64,000 bases of DNA from Ignavibacteriales bacterium (lineage in GTDB: Bacteria; Bacteroidota; Ignavibacteria; UBA10030): positions 157 through 64,156 of the forward strand of contig JACPLA010000100.1 in the NCBI GenBank assembly GCA_016186715.1, written 5' to 3'. Below are positions 30,301 to 39,261 of this stretch, in pieces. How positions within the stretch are numbered: the first letter of the stretch is position 1; every line of letters starts with the position of its first letter. Below the pieces are notes generated by a model, which ran no database searches, had not been told where the DNA came from, and worked only from the letters and a program-made list of their open reading frames with translations. Made by a program: the position numbers and the translations under genes.

Positions 30301-31266
30301 GAAAAAATAGGCGTTCACATCTGTATAGTGATTGATAGAATGGTTGAATGTCTTTGTCGCAGGATTGTACCGCCACCCGCGCGTCGAGGCGCCGTAGAAG
30401 AGGAGATAATCCTCCGCGTCAAACAGACCGTTTCCGTTCCTGTCGACGATCATGCGGGCAACCTCCTGGAGGCCGCCGGATGGGCGGGGCTCCGAAACTC
30501 CCTCCGGCAGCGGTCTCCCGCCGTTTCCGTAGACGCGGATGGAACCAATGTCGGACACGGCGCTCACGGCAATGCCCGCATTGATGAAGAACGATTGATC
30601 CAATTTGTAAATCCCTGTTTCTCCGATATCCATCTTGTACCATTCGCCCTGCTTCAACGGCGAATCGGGCACTTGTCTCGACGCGACCTGACGGGAAGAT
30701 CCGGCCACTGATTTGACACGGACCACCATCGCGTCGTAGCGTCTCAGGATCTGCCGTGCTTCATCGTACTGAAGGGGATAAAGCTTCAGGAGGATGGTTG
30801 ATGTCCCGCTCAATGTGGTGATCTTTTCCACTTCTGTGAGCCTTGATGGGGCGAACCCTGCGGCTCCAGAAGGTCGGCCGGAAAACACCGGTACAGCTCC
30901 GAATTCCCTTTCGTCTTCTCTTCGGAATGCAGGATACGGCGCAGGGAGATGGCCCGGAAGCTCGGTGTACCGAACATCCACGATTTCCGCTTCCCAGTTC
31001 TCGCCTTGAAGTTCCAACGGAAGCACGCGGAAGGGAATCATCGGTTGTCCGGGATCTTCCCGAGACAAGATTCCGCCGGTAAATCCAACAAAGGTGTAGT
31101 GTCCTCCCCCGGCGCCGCGGATCGCTTGCGTGAAGAACTGCGGGTGGAATTCCAACACGATTGCAGAGGCGCTGCGTTCGCGAACGACCACATCGCCCTG
31201 ATCCTGACCGACGAGGATGACAGTGGAGAGGAAAAAAACAAGAAGTATGGAGATCGAACGCTGCAT
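27349..31266 (-). CDS. porU: Type IX secretion system sortase PorU (C25 gingipain-family cysteine peptidase)
   Basis: Signal peptide MQRSISILLVFFLSTVILVGQ. C25 catalytic His/Cys blocks (NYTGHGNPQLWAHE, FFLVAATCDFARYD). Retained T9SS C-terminal domain (...KIYTLAGRLVKIQEG...GVYFYKVVTRSSDRRTSEEVIGKLTVLR). The adjacent downstream porV is the conserved porU-porV arrangement. Confidence 0.8.
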   Translation of the reverse strand: MQRSISILLVFFLSTVILVGQDQGDVVVRERSASAIVLEFHPQFFTQAIRGAGGGHYTFVGFTGGILSREDPGQPMIPFRVLPLELQGENWEAEIVDVRYTELPGHLPAPYPAFRREDEREFGAVPVFSGRPSGAAGFAPSRLTEVEKITTLSGTSTILLKLYPLQYDEARQILRRYDAMVVRVKSVAGSSRQVASRQVPDSPLKQGEWYKMDIGETGIYKLDQSFFINAGIAVSAVSDIGSIRVYGNGGRPLPEGVSEPRPSGGLQEVARMIVDRNGNGLFDAEDYLLFYGASTRGWRYNPATKTFNHSINHYTDVNAYFFTFGGDPGKSMDSVASGNASGPFVEDFQEKVFVEEERNNLIHSGRQWLGPLFDSESRTAVYTTLLPGFVSAKPTTYRFLFLGRSLTNESFQIEENGEPLGNPIITLGIDVRDIEGNAAYRAPLTTISRQVTLPDDRSILRFSFSANSSGANGWLDWFEILYRRRFEALNDFIAFSSPDTTGVMEYRVSGFSSRDVNVFDVSVHDSVVRITNLTVDPIDPGMCAFQSPQTAGGVRQFLAIGPNGFLVPTNVRKVENTNLQGLTTGAEFVIITPREFRSEADRLAAHREQGDSLTCLVVDIENIVNEYSGGNTDPLAVRDFLLSTRGNWSVPVRYVLLFGDGHYDYKNIRASNRNWIPPYETLESVFQILSYASDDHLGILNPGDTKVSVAIGRLPINSLGQARAAVDKIIAYETTAPLEPWRNRVTYVADDGLTSTRDDGSIHTLQAEVLAQSFTPAIVEKKKIFIVEYPTVNSAAGRRKPTANTAIVEAINDGTLILNYTGHGNPQLWAHEAIFTREASLPLLRNYTQPFFLVAATCDFARYDDPAEESAGELLLTMAQGGAIGVVTASRAVYSFQNSQFNNTLYAQLFPRDPDGRPRRLVDAMYRTKQILSGVNDIKYHLFADPTMRLNLPATFAGVDSIDGAPLSTLVQVSALSRIEINGLVLRPDGSPSGDFTGRALLEMFDSKRRVFVPEWGNFSFEVNGSLLYRGEISVNQGKFRATVPIPKDVSYDNNRARISVYARSSSSDAVGYTENIVIAGTDSAAAVDSVGPLLQVFLDDESFRSGDVVSPDALLLVKLFDQSGINTSTASVGHRLEATLSGIPQSIDLTPFYRGDLDTYQSGEVRYQLRDLSEGGHSLKVKAWDIYNNSAQEEIAFDVRAVSDLKIYNVFNFPNPVVRSTVFTFQRNSSDPIDVEVKIYTLAGRLVKIQEGLSVVDRFVRIPWDGRDQNGDPIANGVYFYKVVTRSSDRRTSEEVIGKLTVLR

Positions 31267-31608
31267 AGAAAAATGAAAAAGCCGAACGACGGTCCATGTT
31301 CCTTCATTCGGCCACTTGGCTTCCACCGAATTCGATAAAGGCTTGCTCCGTCACTGCCACACCTGAACAAACCGCTTCGTTTGATCAGGAACCAACCTTT
31401 AACAAAGACTCGATAGAAGAATTTCCTGTATGCGTTTTACGATCTCGACTCTAAAGATAGCAGAAGGGTGTTTGAGAGTCAAGAAATCGCGTGTGCCATG
31501 TTACACGCACAGACTGAATGCGTTTTTCATTGCGCGCGGGTTTTTTGGTTGCAGTTAGCGCAAAAAATTATTAAATTTCCGTTGTTTTAGACACTTTTTC
31601 GAGGTAGA

Positions 31609-33087
31609 ATGTCGAAACCGCTGAATATTCTCTTCGTCTCCAGCGAGGTGGATCCGTTTGCGAAGACAGGGGGACTTGCCGATGTTTCCAGCTCCCTTCC
31701 AAAGGCCATCAAAGAATCCGGTCATGAAATTCGGATCATGATGCCGCGATACCGCTTTATCAGCGAACGAAAATTCAAGCTGCACGATATCATCCGATTG
31801 AAGGACATCCCGATTCCTGTGGGCGAGGCCGCGGAACTGGGCAACGTGAAATCCTCCTTTATCAGCAATCTGAAAGACAAAGTTCAGGTTTACTTCCTGG
31901 ACAATGCCAAATATTTTGGCCGCGACGGAGTCTATCAAAGCCCGGCAAGCAAGAAAGACTATCAGGACAATGATGAACGCTTCATTTTTTTCTGCCGAGG
32001 GGTATTGGAAACGCTCAAGCGCCTCGGCTGGCAGCCGGACATCATCCACTGCAACGATTGGCAGGCAGGATTGATTCCAGGATACGTGAAGACGGTATAT
32101 GGGGACGATGCCTTTTTCAAGAGCATCAAGACAGTGTTCACTATTCATAACATGGCATACCAGGGGGCTTTCCCGGGCGACTCATTTCAAAAGTCAGGTC
32201 TTCCGAAGGAAATTTTTGTTCCCGAGGGCGTTGAGGCATACGGAAAGTTCAATTTCCTCAAAACCGCGCTCTATTTTGCCGATGCGATTACGACCGTCAG
32301 CAAGAAATATGCTGAAGAAATCTGCGCATCGGACGAAATGGGGGCAGGTCTCAACGGTCTTCTTGCCCATCGTAAAAAGGACTTACACGGGATTCTCAAC
32401 GGCATCGACTATCATATCTGGAATCCGCTGACAGATGAGTTAATTTACCGGAAGTACGACGTCAAATCAATCGAAGCAAAAATCGACAACAAAAAGGCGT
32501 TGGTGAAACGATTCAATCTTGAGTACAATGACACTATTCCCCTTGTCGGAGCGATTTCCCGTCTTGTGGACCAAAAAGGGTTTGATCTTGTCCTGGAGGC
32601 TATGGACGATTTGATGAAGCTGGATCTGCAATTTGTGCTGCTAGGCGCCGGGGATCACAAGATTGAAAAAAAATTTGAATCGTATCAGAAAAAATACCCT
32701 TCAAAAATGGGAGTTTTCTTCGGCTTTGACGACGAACTTGCGCATCTGATCGAAGCCGGAAGTGACATGTTTCTCATGCCTTCGCGGTATGAACCGTGTG
32801 GGTTGAATCAGATGTACAGCATGCGGTACGGGACCGTTCCCGTGGTCAGAGCGACCGGAGGACTTGACGATACCGTGGAGGATTACGCGGGTGGAAAGGG
32901 AACGGGAGTGAAGTTCGAAAAATACGACCCAAAAGAACTGGTGAAAGCGGTTCATCGGGCGATGAAAATCTACCATCAGCCCGACGAGTGGAAAAAGCTG
33001 ATGCGAAACGGCATGGCCAAGGACTTCTCCTGGGAACACTCCGCCCGCCAGTACGCTGCGTTGTACCGGGAACTGCTGAAGCAATAA
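31609..33087 (+). CDS. glgA: Glycogen synthase (ADP-glucose type)
   Basis: N-terminal motif SSEVDPFAKTGGLADV and a GT-B C-terminal domain; 492 aa. GAGGTAG lies upstream of the ATG. Confidence 0.9.
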   Translation: MSKPLNILFVSSEVDPFAKTGGLADVSSSLPKAIKESGHEIRIMMPRYRFISERKFKLHDIIRLKDIPIPVGEAAELGNVKSSFISNLKDKVQVYFLDNAKYFGRDGVYQSPASKKDYQDNDERFIFFCRGVLETLKRLGWQPDIIHCNDWQAGLIPGYVKTVYGDDAFFKSIKTVFTIHNMAYQGAFPGDSFQKSGLPKEIFVPEGVEAYGKFNFLKTALYFADAITTVSKKYAEEICASDEMGAGLNGLLAHRKKDLHGILNGIDYHIWNPLTDELIYRKYDVKSIEAKIDNKKALVKRFNLEYNDTIPLVGAISRLVDQKGFDLVLEAMDDLMKLDLQFVLLGAGDHKIEKKFESYQKKYPSKMGVFFGFDDELAHLIEAGSDMFLMPSRYEPCGLNQMYSMRYGTVPVVRATGGLDDTVEDYAGGKGTGVKFEKYDPKELVKAVHRAMKIYHQPDEWKKLMRNGMAKDFSWEHSARQYAALYRELLKQ

Positions 33088-33094
33088 GCACACT

Positions 33095-33682
33095 ATGCAT
33101 GAAGAGGTTGGCATTTTTTTCGACAGAGACGGAACGATCAATGTGGAGCTTGATTATATCTCGGACCCCGACAAACTGGAGCTTGTTCCGGGCGCGGCCA
33201 AGGCCATTCGGGAAGCCAACGAATTTGGAGTCAAGGTTTTTGTCATCACGAATCAATCCGGCGTAGCCCGGGGTTTGTACACGGAACACGATGTCGAGGC
33301 AGTTCATACGCGGCTCCGCAAGACACTCGCAGACCACGGCGCGCATCTTGACGCCATCTACTACTGTCCGCACCATCCCGAGTACGGGACTCCAGCGTAT
33401 AGAAAAGTTTGCACCTGTCGCAAACCGAAGACGGGAATGCTCCAGGAGGCCCGCAAATCCTTTCGGATTGACCTGAGCAAATCGTATGTCGTGGGGGACA
33501 AGTGTACGGATATCGAGGCCGGCCGCACGGCACACTGTGGCACTGTTCTTGTGCTTACCGGATATGGGGCAGCGGAGGCCGAAGATTGCGGAAAGGCAGG
33601 GGGTGCAGATCATGTGGCAAAGGACATCTATGCGGCGTGGCATTACATCAGGAAAAACATTGATCGGACACAACAGCGCTAG
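33095..33682 (+). CDS. gmhB: D-glycero-beta-D-manno-heptose-1,7-bisphosphate 7-phosphatase (HAD-IIIA)
   Basis: Motif I FFDRDGTIN, then VITNQSGVARG, CYCPHHP...C.CRKPK (zinc site) and VGDK. This is the typical GmhB layout. Confidence 0.8.
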   Translation: MHEEVGIFFDRDGTINVELDYISDPDKLELVPGAAKAIREANEFGVKVFVITNQSGVARGLYTEHDVEAVHTRLRKTLADHGAHLDAIYYCPHHPEYGTPAYRKVCTCRKPKTGMLQEARKSFRIDLSKSYVVGDKCTDIEAGRTAHCGTVLVLTGYGAAEAEDCGKAGGADHVAKDIYAAWHYIRKNIDRTQQR

Positions 33683-34886
33683 GCTCTTTCGTCGTATTCA
33701 AAGCGACGCGATTTTTCCCCGAGTGATCGCCTCCTTCCTGCTTGTGCTTGCAGGATGCGTGGACGAACCCAGCCCCGTCGGCGCCGGGTTGTTCCCTTCG
33801 TCGGATCTTGTCAAACTGGACAGTATCATAGTTATTTCCCACGAGAGTTTCAGCAGGAAAGCTGTCCCCCGGTCGTTCTTCGTCGGAAGCCCGACGACAT
33901 TCGCCGTTGGACGAAGCGGAACGCTGGAGTCGTGGGGGCTGGTCCAATTTCCTGCCTTTGATAATTCACTCAACCAGGCCTCGGCCCTGAGGGCCGAACT
34001 CCGCCTCCGCACTGCCTACCACCTTGGAGATTCGCTGGGTCTCTCCCTCATCGTCCGGAAACCGACGATGAGTTGGAACAGGACCACATTTACGTACGAT
34101 TCTCTGAAGCTCCCTGGGTTTTACGTCCCCACAAATTCACCGGAATTCGACAAAGATGGAGACGAAATCCACATCGAACTGGACACCGCCCTCGTCAACG
34201 AATGGTTTCGGACCGGAACGGCCTCGACGCCGTTCGGGATCCTTTTGGAGCCCACAAACTTCACAGCACTGAAGGGATTTCATAATAGTCTTGCGGATAG
34301 CAGCGATGACAGACCGGAATTGACCGTTGTCTATACACCGAGTGCATCCCAGACAGCCGACACAATTCGATCAACGGGGTTTGTTGAAAAATTTGTCCTC
34401 GGCGCAACCGACACGTCATTTCTCAGCAGTACCACGCTGATGTATGCCCGCGCAGGAGCCGCCTTCCGCGGAGTCGCGGGATTTGATATCCGCGGTGTGC
34501 CTGACCGCGCATCCATTCACCGTGCAATCCTCGAAGTCACACTGGATCCCTCATCATCCGAGTTTACCTCGCAGGTGCTTGATTCTCTCGTTGCACATTA
34601 CATCTTGAGCGACGGATCATTCCAAGAGTTTTCTTTTTCGGCTGCCGGGTGGGTCCTCAACCCGGTCCAGCCCAGCACCGCCTTGACTGAATCCGGGCGG
34701 AGAATTTACCGCTTCACGGTGACCGAATTTGTTCAGGCCTGGGTCAGGGGATACGGAGAACGCCGTATCGGAGTAGCAGCAATGGGCGAAACAACGTCGA
34801 TTGACGGCTTCGCCGTGTTTGGAGCAGCCGCGGCCGATTCTTCTCTTCGACCAAAACTCAGCATCCTTTATTCCCCCACACACTGA
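33630..34886 (+). CDS. Hypothetical lipoprotein with two internal repeat modules (each ending RP(E/K)L(T/S)(V/I)(V/L)Y(T/S)P)
   Basis: Lipobox-like FLLVLAGC. There is no canonical start after the gmhB stop. The nearest in-frame ATG is at 33630 and overlaps gmhB by 53 nt; a TTG at 33660 is an alternative. Repeated motifs are DDRPELTVVYTP and SLRPKLSILYSP. Confidence 0.5.
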   Translation: MRRGITSGKTLIGHNSARLFRRIQSDAIFPRVIASFLLVLAGCVDEPSPVGAGLFPSSDLVKLDSIIVISHESFSRKAVPRSFFVGSPTTFAVGRSGTLESWGLVQFPAFDNSLNQASALRAELRLRTAYHLGDSLGLSLIVRKPTMSWNRTTFTYDSLKLPGFYVPTNSPEFDKDGDEIHIELDTALVNEWFRTGTASTPFGILLEPTNFTALKGFHNSLADSSDDRPELTVVYTPSASQTADTIRSTGFVEKFVLGATDTSFLSSTTLMYARAGAAFRGVAGFDIRGVPDRASIHRAILEVTLDPSSSEFTSQVLDSLVAHYILSDGSFQEFSFSAAGWVLNPVQPSTALTESGRRIYRFTVTEFVQAWVRGYGERRIGVAAMGETTSIDGFAVFGAAAADSSLRPKLSILYSPTH

Positions 34887-36124
34887 TGAAACGATCGCTC
34901 GCATTCGCTCTTGTCTTTTTTCTCACCGGCATCACCGTCGTGCACGCCGGGGGGCCGACGTTTACGCGTTTCGGCCTGGGCGATATTATTTTCTTCGGGG
35001 ATCCGCGGGCATCAGCCATAGGAATAACGGGCATTGCACTAACGGGCGATGGATTCATCAACACGATGAACCCCGCAGGCCTTGCCGGCATCACCCGCAC
35101 AAGAATCTTCGGGGGATTCGAGTACCTCAGCAGTACCATTTCCGATCAAGCGGGTTCTGAACGTTTCGTGCGGGGAGGATTCCAGGGAATCGCGCTTGCG
35201 GTACCGGCCTCCCCGGACGACGGTCTTGTCTTGTTTGCCCAGGCCAGCCCATTCAGCCGGGTGGATTACAACGCGGAAGTGCGAGAGCCCCTTCCCCCAA
35301 GCCCCTTCACTCAGGGACTGAAAGGAGTGGGAGGGCTTTCAAGTCTTTCCCTCGGCGCTTCGTACCGGCCGCTGACCCGCCTGGACATCGGTCTGAAATT
35401 CACGTACTACTATGGCACCATTCAACAGTTGGCCTCGGTGGATTTCGACGATTCCGCATTCGAAGACAGCGAAATCCAGAAATCATTGTTCCACTCAGGA
35501 ATGAACTTCGCGCTTGGTCTTACTTACCGCGGGCTGGCGGATCTTCCCGGGAGTTCGTTCTTCCAACCCTTGACGGTTGGCTTGATCCTCTCGGCCCCAG
35601 CCAAACTCTCCGTGAAAGAAGAACGGATCCTGCTCACCTCCACCTCCTCCGATACAGCGTCGGTTGCCCGGGGCACAACGGATCTTCCGCTCGGCCTTGG
35701 AGTGGGAGCATCCTACCTCGTCGCAGACCGGACGCTCATTTCCGGCGAAGTCTTCCACCAACAGTGGGGATCGGCAAACTTTTTTGGAATTCCACCTGTT
35801 GGAATAAGAAACAGCGGCCGATACGGAATCGGAGTGGAATTCCTCCCCCCCAGGAATCCCGAAACTTATTGGGCTGCGGTGGCATATCGGGCCGGATTTA
35901 CGTACCATTCTTCTTACTATTCGATCAACGGACAACCTGTCAATGAGTGGTACGGCTCTGCGGGCGTCGGATTGCCCATTGGACCCGATGCCAGGCTTCA
36001 CTTGACTGCGCAGATCGGTTCGCGGAGAGCCGCCTCCGGCGCGCTGCCTAAAGAAACCTTCGTAAGGATCTCAGCGTCGTTCAGCGCAAGCGAAGCCTGG
36101 TTCCTTACGATCGAAGAAGACTGA
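34886..36124 (+). CDS. PorV/PorQ-family (FadL-like) outer-membrane beta-barrel protein
   Basis: Signal peptide MKRSLAFALVFFLTGITVVHA. N-terminal motif GDPRASAIGITGIALTGDGFINTMNPAGLAG, compare the PorV block ARa.GMG.A..A..DD....WNPAG. Its ATG overlaps the upstream lipoprotein stop (TGATGA). Confidence 0.55.
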   Translation: MKRSLAFALVFFLTGITVVHAGGPTFTRFGLGDIIFFGDPRASAIGITGIALTGDGFINTMNPAGLAGITRTRIFGGFEYLSSTISDQAGSERFVRGGFQGIALAVPASPDDGLVLFAQASPFSRVDYNAEVREPLPPSPFTQGLKGVGGLSSLSLGASYRPLTRLDIGLKFTYYYGTIQQLASVDFDDSAFEDSEIQKSLFHSGMNFALGLTYRGLADLPGSSFFQPLTVGLILSAPAKLSVKEERILLTSTSSDTASVARGTTDLPLGLGVGASYLVADRTLISGEVFHQQWGSANFFGIPPVGIRNSGRYGIGVEFLPPRNPETYWAAVAYRAGFTYHSSYYSINGQPVNEWYGSAGVGLPIGPDARLHLTAQIGSRRAASGALPKETFVRISASFSASEAWFLTIEED

Positions 36125-36152
36125 ACATCAACTTTCGGAGGTCTCACTCGTC

Positions 36153-37436
36153 ATGAAACGTTTTTTCCTGATTCTGGGCGTCGTCTTACTCCTCACTTCC
36201 CAGGTTGTACCATCGAATGCCCAGACGAAACCGAATGCACCCGAAGCGGCAAAAAACTGGAGTCTCTTCTTTGAATATCATAAGAACGGAGACCACTTGA
36301 GCGCGGTCCCCTATGGATGGAGAGTGATTGAACTTGATCCTGACCGGTTCAAGACGATCTATGTCAAATTGGCCGACAGTTATCTCAGCTTCTCCCTGGA
36401 CACGACCCGGACCCCGACGGATCGGCGCGCCCATGCCGACACGATGATCCTGATTTACGATCTTGGGCTCAAAAACGTGCCCGACCGCGCGGCAGGTCTT
36501 TGGCTCAGCCGGGGATACGCACTCGCCACATATTTCGACGACCGGGGCGTTGAGGCAATCGAGAGCTATGAAAATGCGCTCGCCCTGGATCCGAAAACCG
36601 ACTTCGTCTATGCAGACCAGCTCGGAGTTCTTTATATGAAGAACCTTGAGAAGAACCCGGAATTCAAGAGCCGGGCCGTGGAATTGTATCGAAAGCAAAA
36701 GGAGAAGGACCCGACCAATACGGTCGCCAGTGAGAGGCTCAGGGCCCTCATCAGCGACCCCCAGGAGCTGATCGATCTGGCGGAGCATGATCTCAAGAAC
36801 GATCCGGAAAACGTCGAAAAAATCTGGGATGCGGTGATGGCGTACAAGGAGGGCGAACAGTTTGACGGAGCGGAGCGTCATCTCCTCAAGCTTGTGAAGA
36901 AAGTCCCGAGTGCGGCGAACTATTGGAATGAACTTGGCATCGTCCGGCACAGGGGGGGAAAATACAAGACAGCGATCGAAGCCTACGAGCAGGCCCTGAA
37001 GCTCAATCCTGCCCTCCGGGAGAATCATTTGAACATTGCGGCCAGTTATCGGGCCATGAAGAATTACGCGGCAGCCATTACCACCGCCCAGAGGGCAGCC
37101 CAGCGGGAACGAGGATGGGGCATGCCGTATATAGAGATCGCAGAGGTCTATAAAGCCGCCGTGGAAAACTGCATCCGCGATTTAAAGGGGGGGGATTGGT
37201 CAAAACTCGACTTCGACGACAAGCTCGTGTACCGGCTTGCACAGGAAACATATGCACGGGCGAAAGCAGTCGAGCCGGCGCTGGCGAACGAGGCAAATCA
37301 GCGCGTTAATGAGTTGTCAACGTTGGTACCGACGAAAGAAGACTATTTTTTTAACGACCAAAGAAAAGTCGCCGGCAAGTTTTCCGTTCAAGGCGACTGT
37401 TACAAGTGGGTCAGTGACCAAGTGACGGCACCCTAA
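36153..37436 (+). CDS. Secreted tetratricopeptide-repeat (TPR) protein
   Basis: Signal peptide MKRFFLILGVVLLLTSQVVPSNAQ. Multiple TPR-like helical repeats (AIEAYEQALKLNPALRENHLNIAASYRAMKNY etc.). Confidence 0.75.
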   Translation: MKRFFLILGVVLLLTSQVVPSNAQTKPNAPEAAKNWSLFFEYHKNGDHLSAVPYGWRVIELDPDRFKTIYVKLADSYLSFSLDTTRTPTDRRAHADTMILIYDLGLKNVPDRAAGLWLSRGYALATYFDDRGVEAIESYENALALDPKTDFVYADQLGVLYMKNLEKNPEFKSRAVELYRKQKEKDPTNTVASERLRALISDPQELIDLAEHDLKNDPENVEKIWDAVMAYKEGEQFDGAERHLLKLVKKVPSAANYWNELGIVRHRGGKYKTAIEAYEQALKLNPALRENHLNIAASYRAMKNYAAAITTAQRAAQRERGWGMPYIEIAEVYKAAVENCIRDLKGGDWSKLDFDDKLVYRLAQETYARAKAVEPALANEANQRVNELSTLVPTKEDYFFNDQRKVAGKFSVQGDCYKWVSDQVTAP

Positions 37437-37440
37437 AACC

Positions 37441-37878
37441 ATGATTGCCATTGCCAGCGACCACGCGGGGTTCCGATACAAGGAGCAGGTCAAGCGCGTT
37501 CTTGACGAACTTGGGCTTCAGTACCAGGACTTCGGTACGGATTCAGAACAATCGACCGACTACCCGGATTGGGCTCACCGCGCCTCGGAAGCAATCGTGT
37601 CAGGGAGATGCGAGCGCGGCATTCTCATCTGCGGCACCGGAATCGGCATGGCCATCGTCGCCAATAAACACCGGGGTATCAGAGCTGCAGTGTGCGAATC
37701 AGTCACCGCGGCGAGACTGGCTCGTCTCCATAATAATGCAAACGTTCTGACCGTCGGCGAACGTATCACCGGTTGGGAATCCGTCGCCGATATCGTCAAG
37801 ACGTTTCTCTCAACCTCGTTTGAAGGCGGACGTCATGAACGGCGCGTCGGCAAGATTCATTCGTTGACAGAGCTCTAA
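37441..37878 (+). CDS. rpiB: Ribose-5-phosphate isomerase B
   Basis: RpiB/LacAB signature ILICGTGIGMAIVANK; 145 aa. Confidence 0.9.
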   Translation: MIAIASDHAGFRYKEQVKRVLDELGLQYQDFGTDSEQSTDYPDWAHRASEAIVSGRCERGILICGTGIGMAIVANKHRGIRAAVCESVTAARLARLHNNANVLTVGERITGWESVADIVKTFLSTSFEGGRHERRVGKIHSLTEL

Positions 37879-37953
37879 CCGCTCTGCATTCGTCACAAGC
37901 GTCAGCCTTCCACCAATTCCTGCTTCGGTTCACCCATCACCAAGCGAACTCGT

Positions 37954-39261
37954 ATGCACCATCTCCAACAGCACGATCCTGAAGTTTTTGAGGCGATCAC
38001 GGGCGAGATCCACCGTCAGAACTCGAAGCTGGAACTGATCGCATCAGAGAACTTTGTCAGCCGCGCTGTCCTCCAGGCCATGGGTTCCCCCCTCACCAAC
38101 AAATACGCCGAGGGATATCCGGGGAAGCGGTATTACGGCGGCTGCGAATTCGTCGATGTGGCCGAAACCCTTGCGCGCGAACGGGTAAAGAGGCTCTTTG
38201 GCGCCGAGTATGCCAACGTTCAGCCTCACTCCGGCTCTCAAGCCAACATGGCGGTTTACTTCTCGTTCTTGAAACCGGGAGACACCGTGCTGGGGATGGA
38301 CCTTTCCCACGGAGGCCACCTGACCCACGGATCGCCCGTGAATTTTTCCGGTCAACTGTACCGGTTTACCGCCTACGGCGTTTCCAGAGAAACCGGCACC
38401 ATCGATTACGATCAGGTGACAGAGATTGCGCGCAGGGAGAAGCCGAAGATGATCACGGTGGGCGCGAGCGCCTACTCACGGAACATCGATTATAAGGCGT
38501 TTCGATCAATTGCCGATTCCGCGGACGCCTTCCTATTTGCCGATATTGCCCATCCGGCGGGATTGATCGCCAGCGGCCTTCTGAACGATCCGCTTCCTCA
38601 TTGTCATGTCGTCACCTCCACAACGCACAAAACGTTGCGGGGACCGCGTGGAGGATTAATTCTGATGGGGAAGGATTTTGAAAATCCGTTTGGGGTTGTT
38701 GCTCCGAAATCCGGTCGAAGGAGGATGATGTCGGAACTCATTGATTCGATGGTCATTCCCGGAATCCAGGGGGGTCCGCTGATGCACGTGATTGCAGCCA
38801 AGGCGGTGGGGTTCCGTGAGAATCTCCAGCCGGAATTCAAAACGTATTCGCAACAAGTGATCAAAAACGCGCAGGCGCTTGCCAAGGCTCTTGTCGGACG
38901 CGGATTCAATATCATCTCCGGAGGAACGGACAACCATCTGATGCTGATCGATCTGCGGAACAAGAAGGTCACAGGAAAGCAGGTGCAGGAAGCGCTGGAC
39001 GAATCGGGGATCACCGTGAACAAGAACGCGGTCCCCTGGGACGACAAATCTCCGTTTGTCACCAGCGGAATCCGGATCGGCACGCCCGCCGTCACAACCC
39101 GAGGAATGGAAGAAGCGCAGATGGAGACGATCGCAGAACTGATCGACACGGTGGTCCGGAATATCGAAAAGGCCGGGGTGTTTTCGGCTGTCAGCAGGAA
39201 AGTCGAAGAGCTCTGTTCCGCTTTTCCCCTTTATCCCGAAGGCGATTGGCTGAAGGCATGA
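37954..39261 (+). CDS. glyA: Serine hydroxymethyltransferase
   Basis: [24 protein letters not shown] and the PLP-lysine block [14 protein letters not shown]; 435 aa. Confidence 0.95.
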   Translation: MHHLQQHDPEVFEAITGEIHRQNSKLELIASENFVSRAVLQAMGSPLTNKYAEGYPGKRYYGGCEFVDVAETLARERVKRLFGAEYANVQPHSGSQANMAVYFSFLKPGDTVLGMDLSHGGHLTHGSPVNFSGQLYRFTAYGVSRETGTIDYDQVTEIARREKPKMITVGASAYSRNIDYKAFRSIADSADAFLFADIAHPAGLIASGLLNDPLPHCHVVTSTTHKTLRGPRGGLILMGKDFENPFGVVAPKSGRRRMMSELIDSMVIPGIQGGPLMHVIAAKAVGFRENLQPEFKTYSQQVIKNAQALAKALVGRGFNIISGGTDNHLMLIDLRNKKVTGKQVQEALDESGITVNKNAVPWDDKSPFVTSGIRIGTPAVTTRGMEEAQMETIAELIDTVVRNIEKAGVFSAVSRKVEELCSAFPLYPEGDWLKA

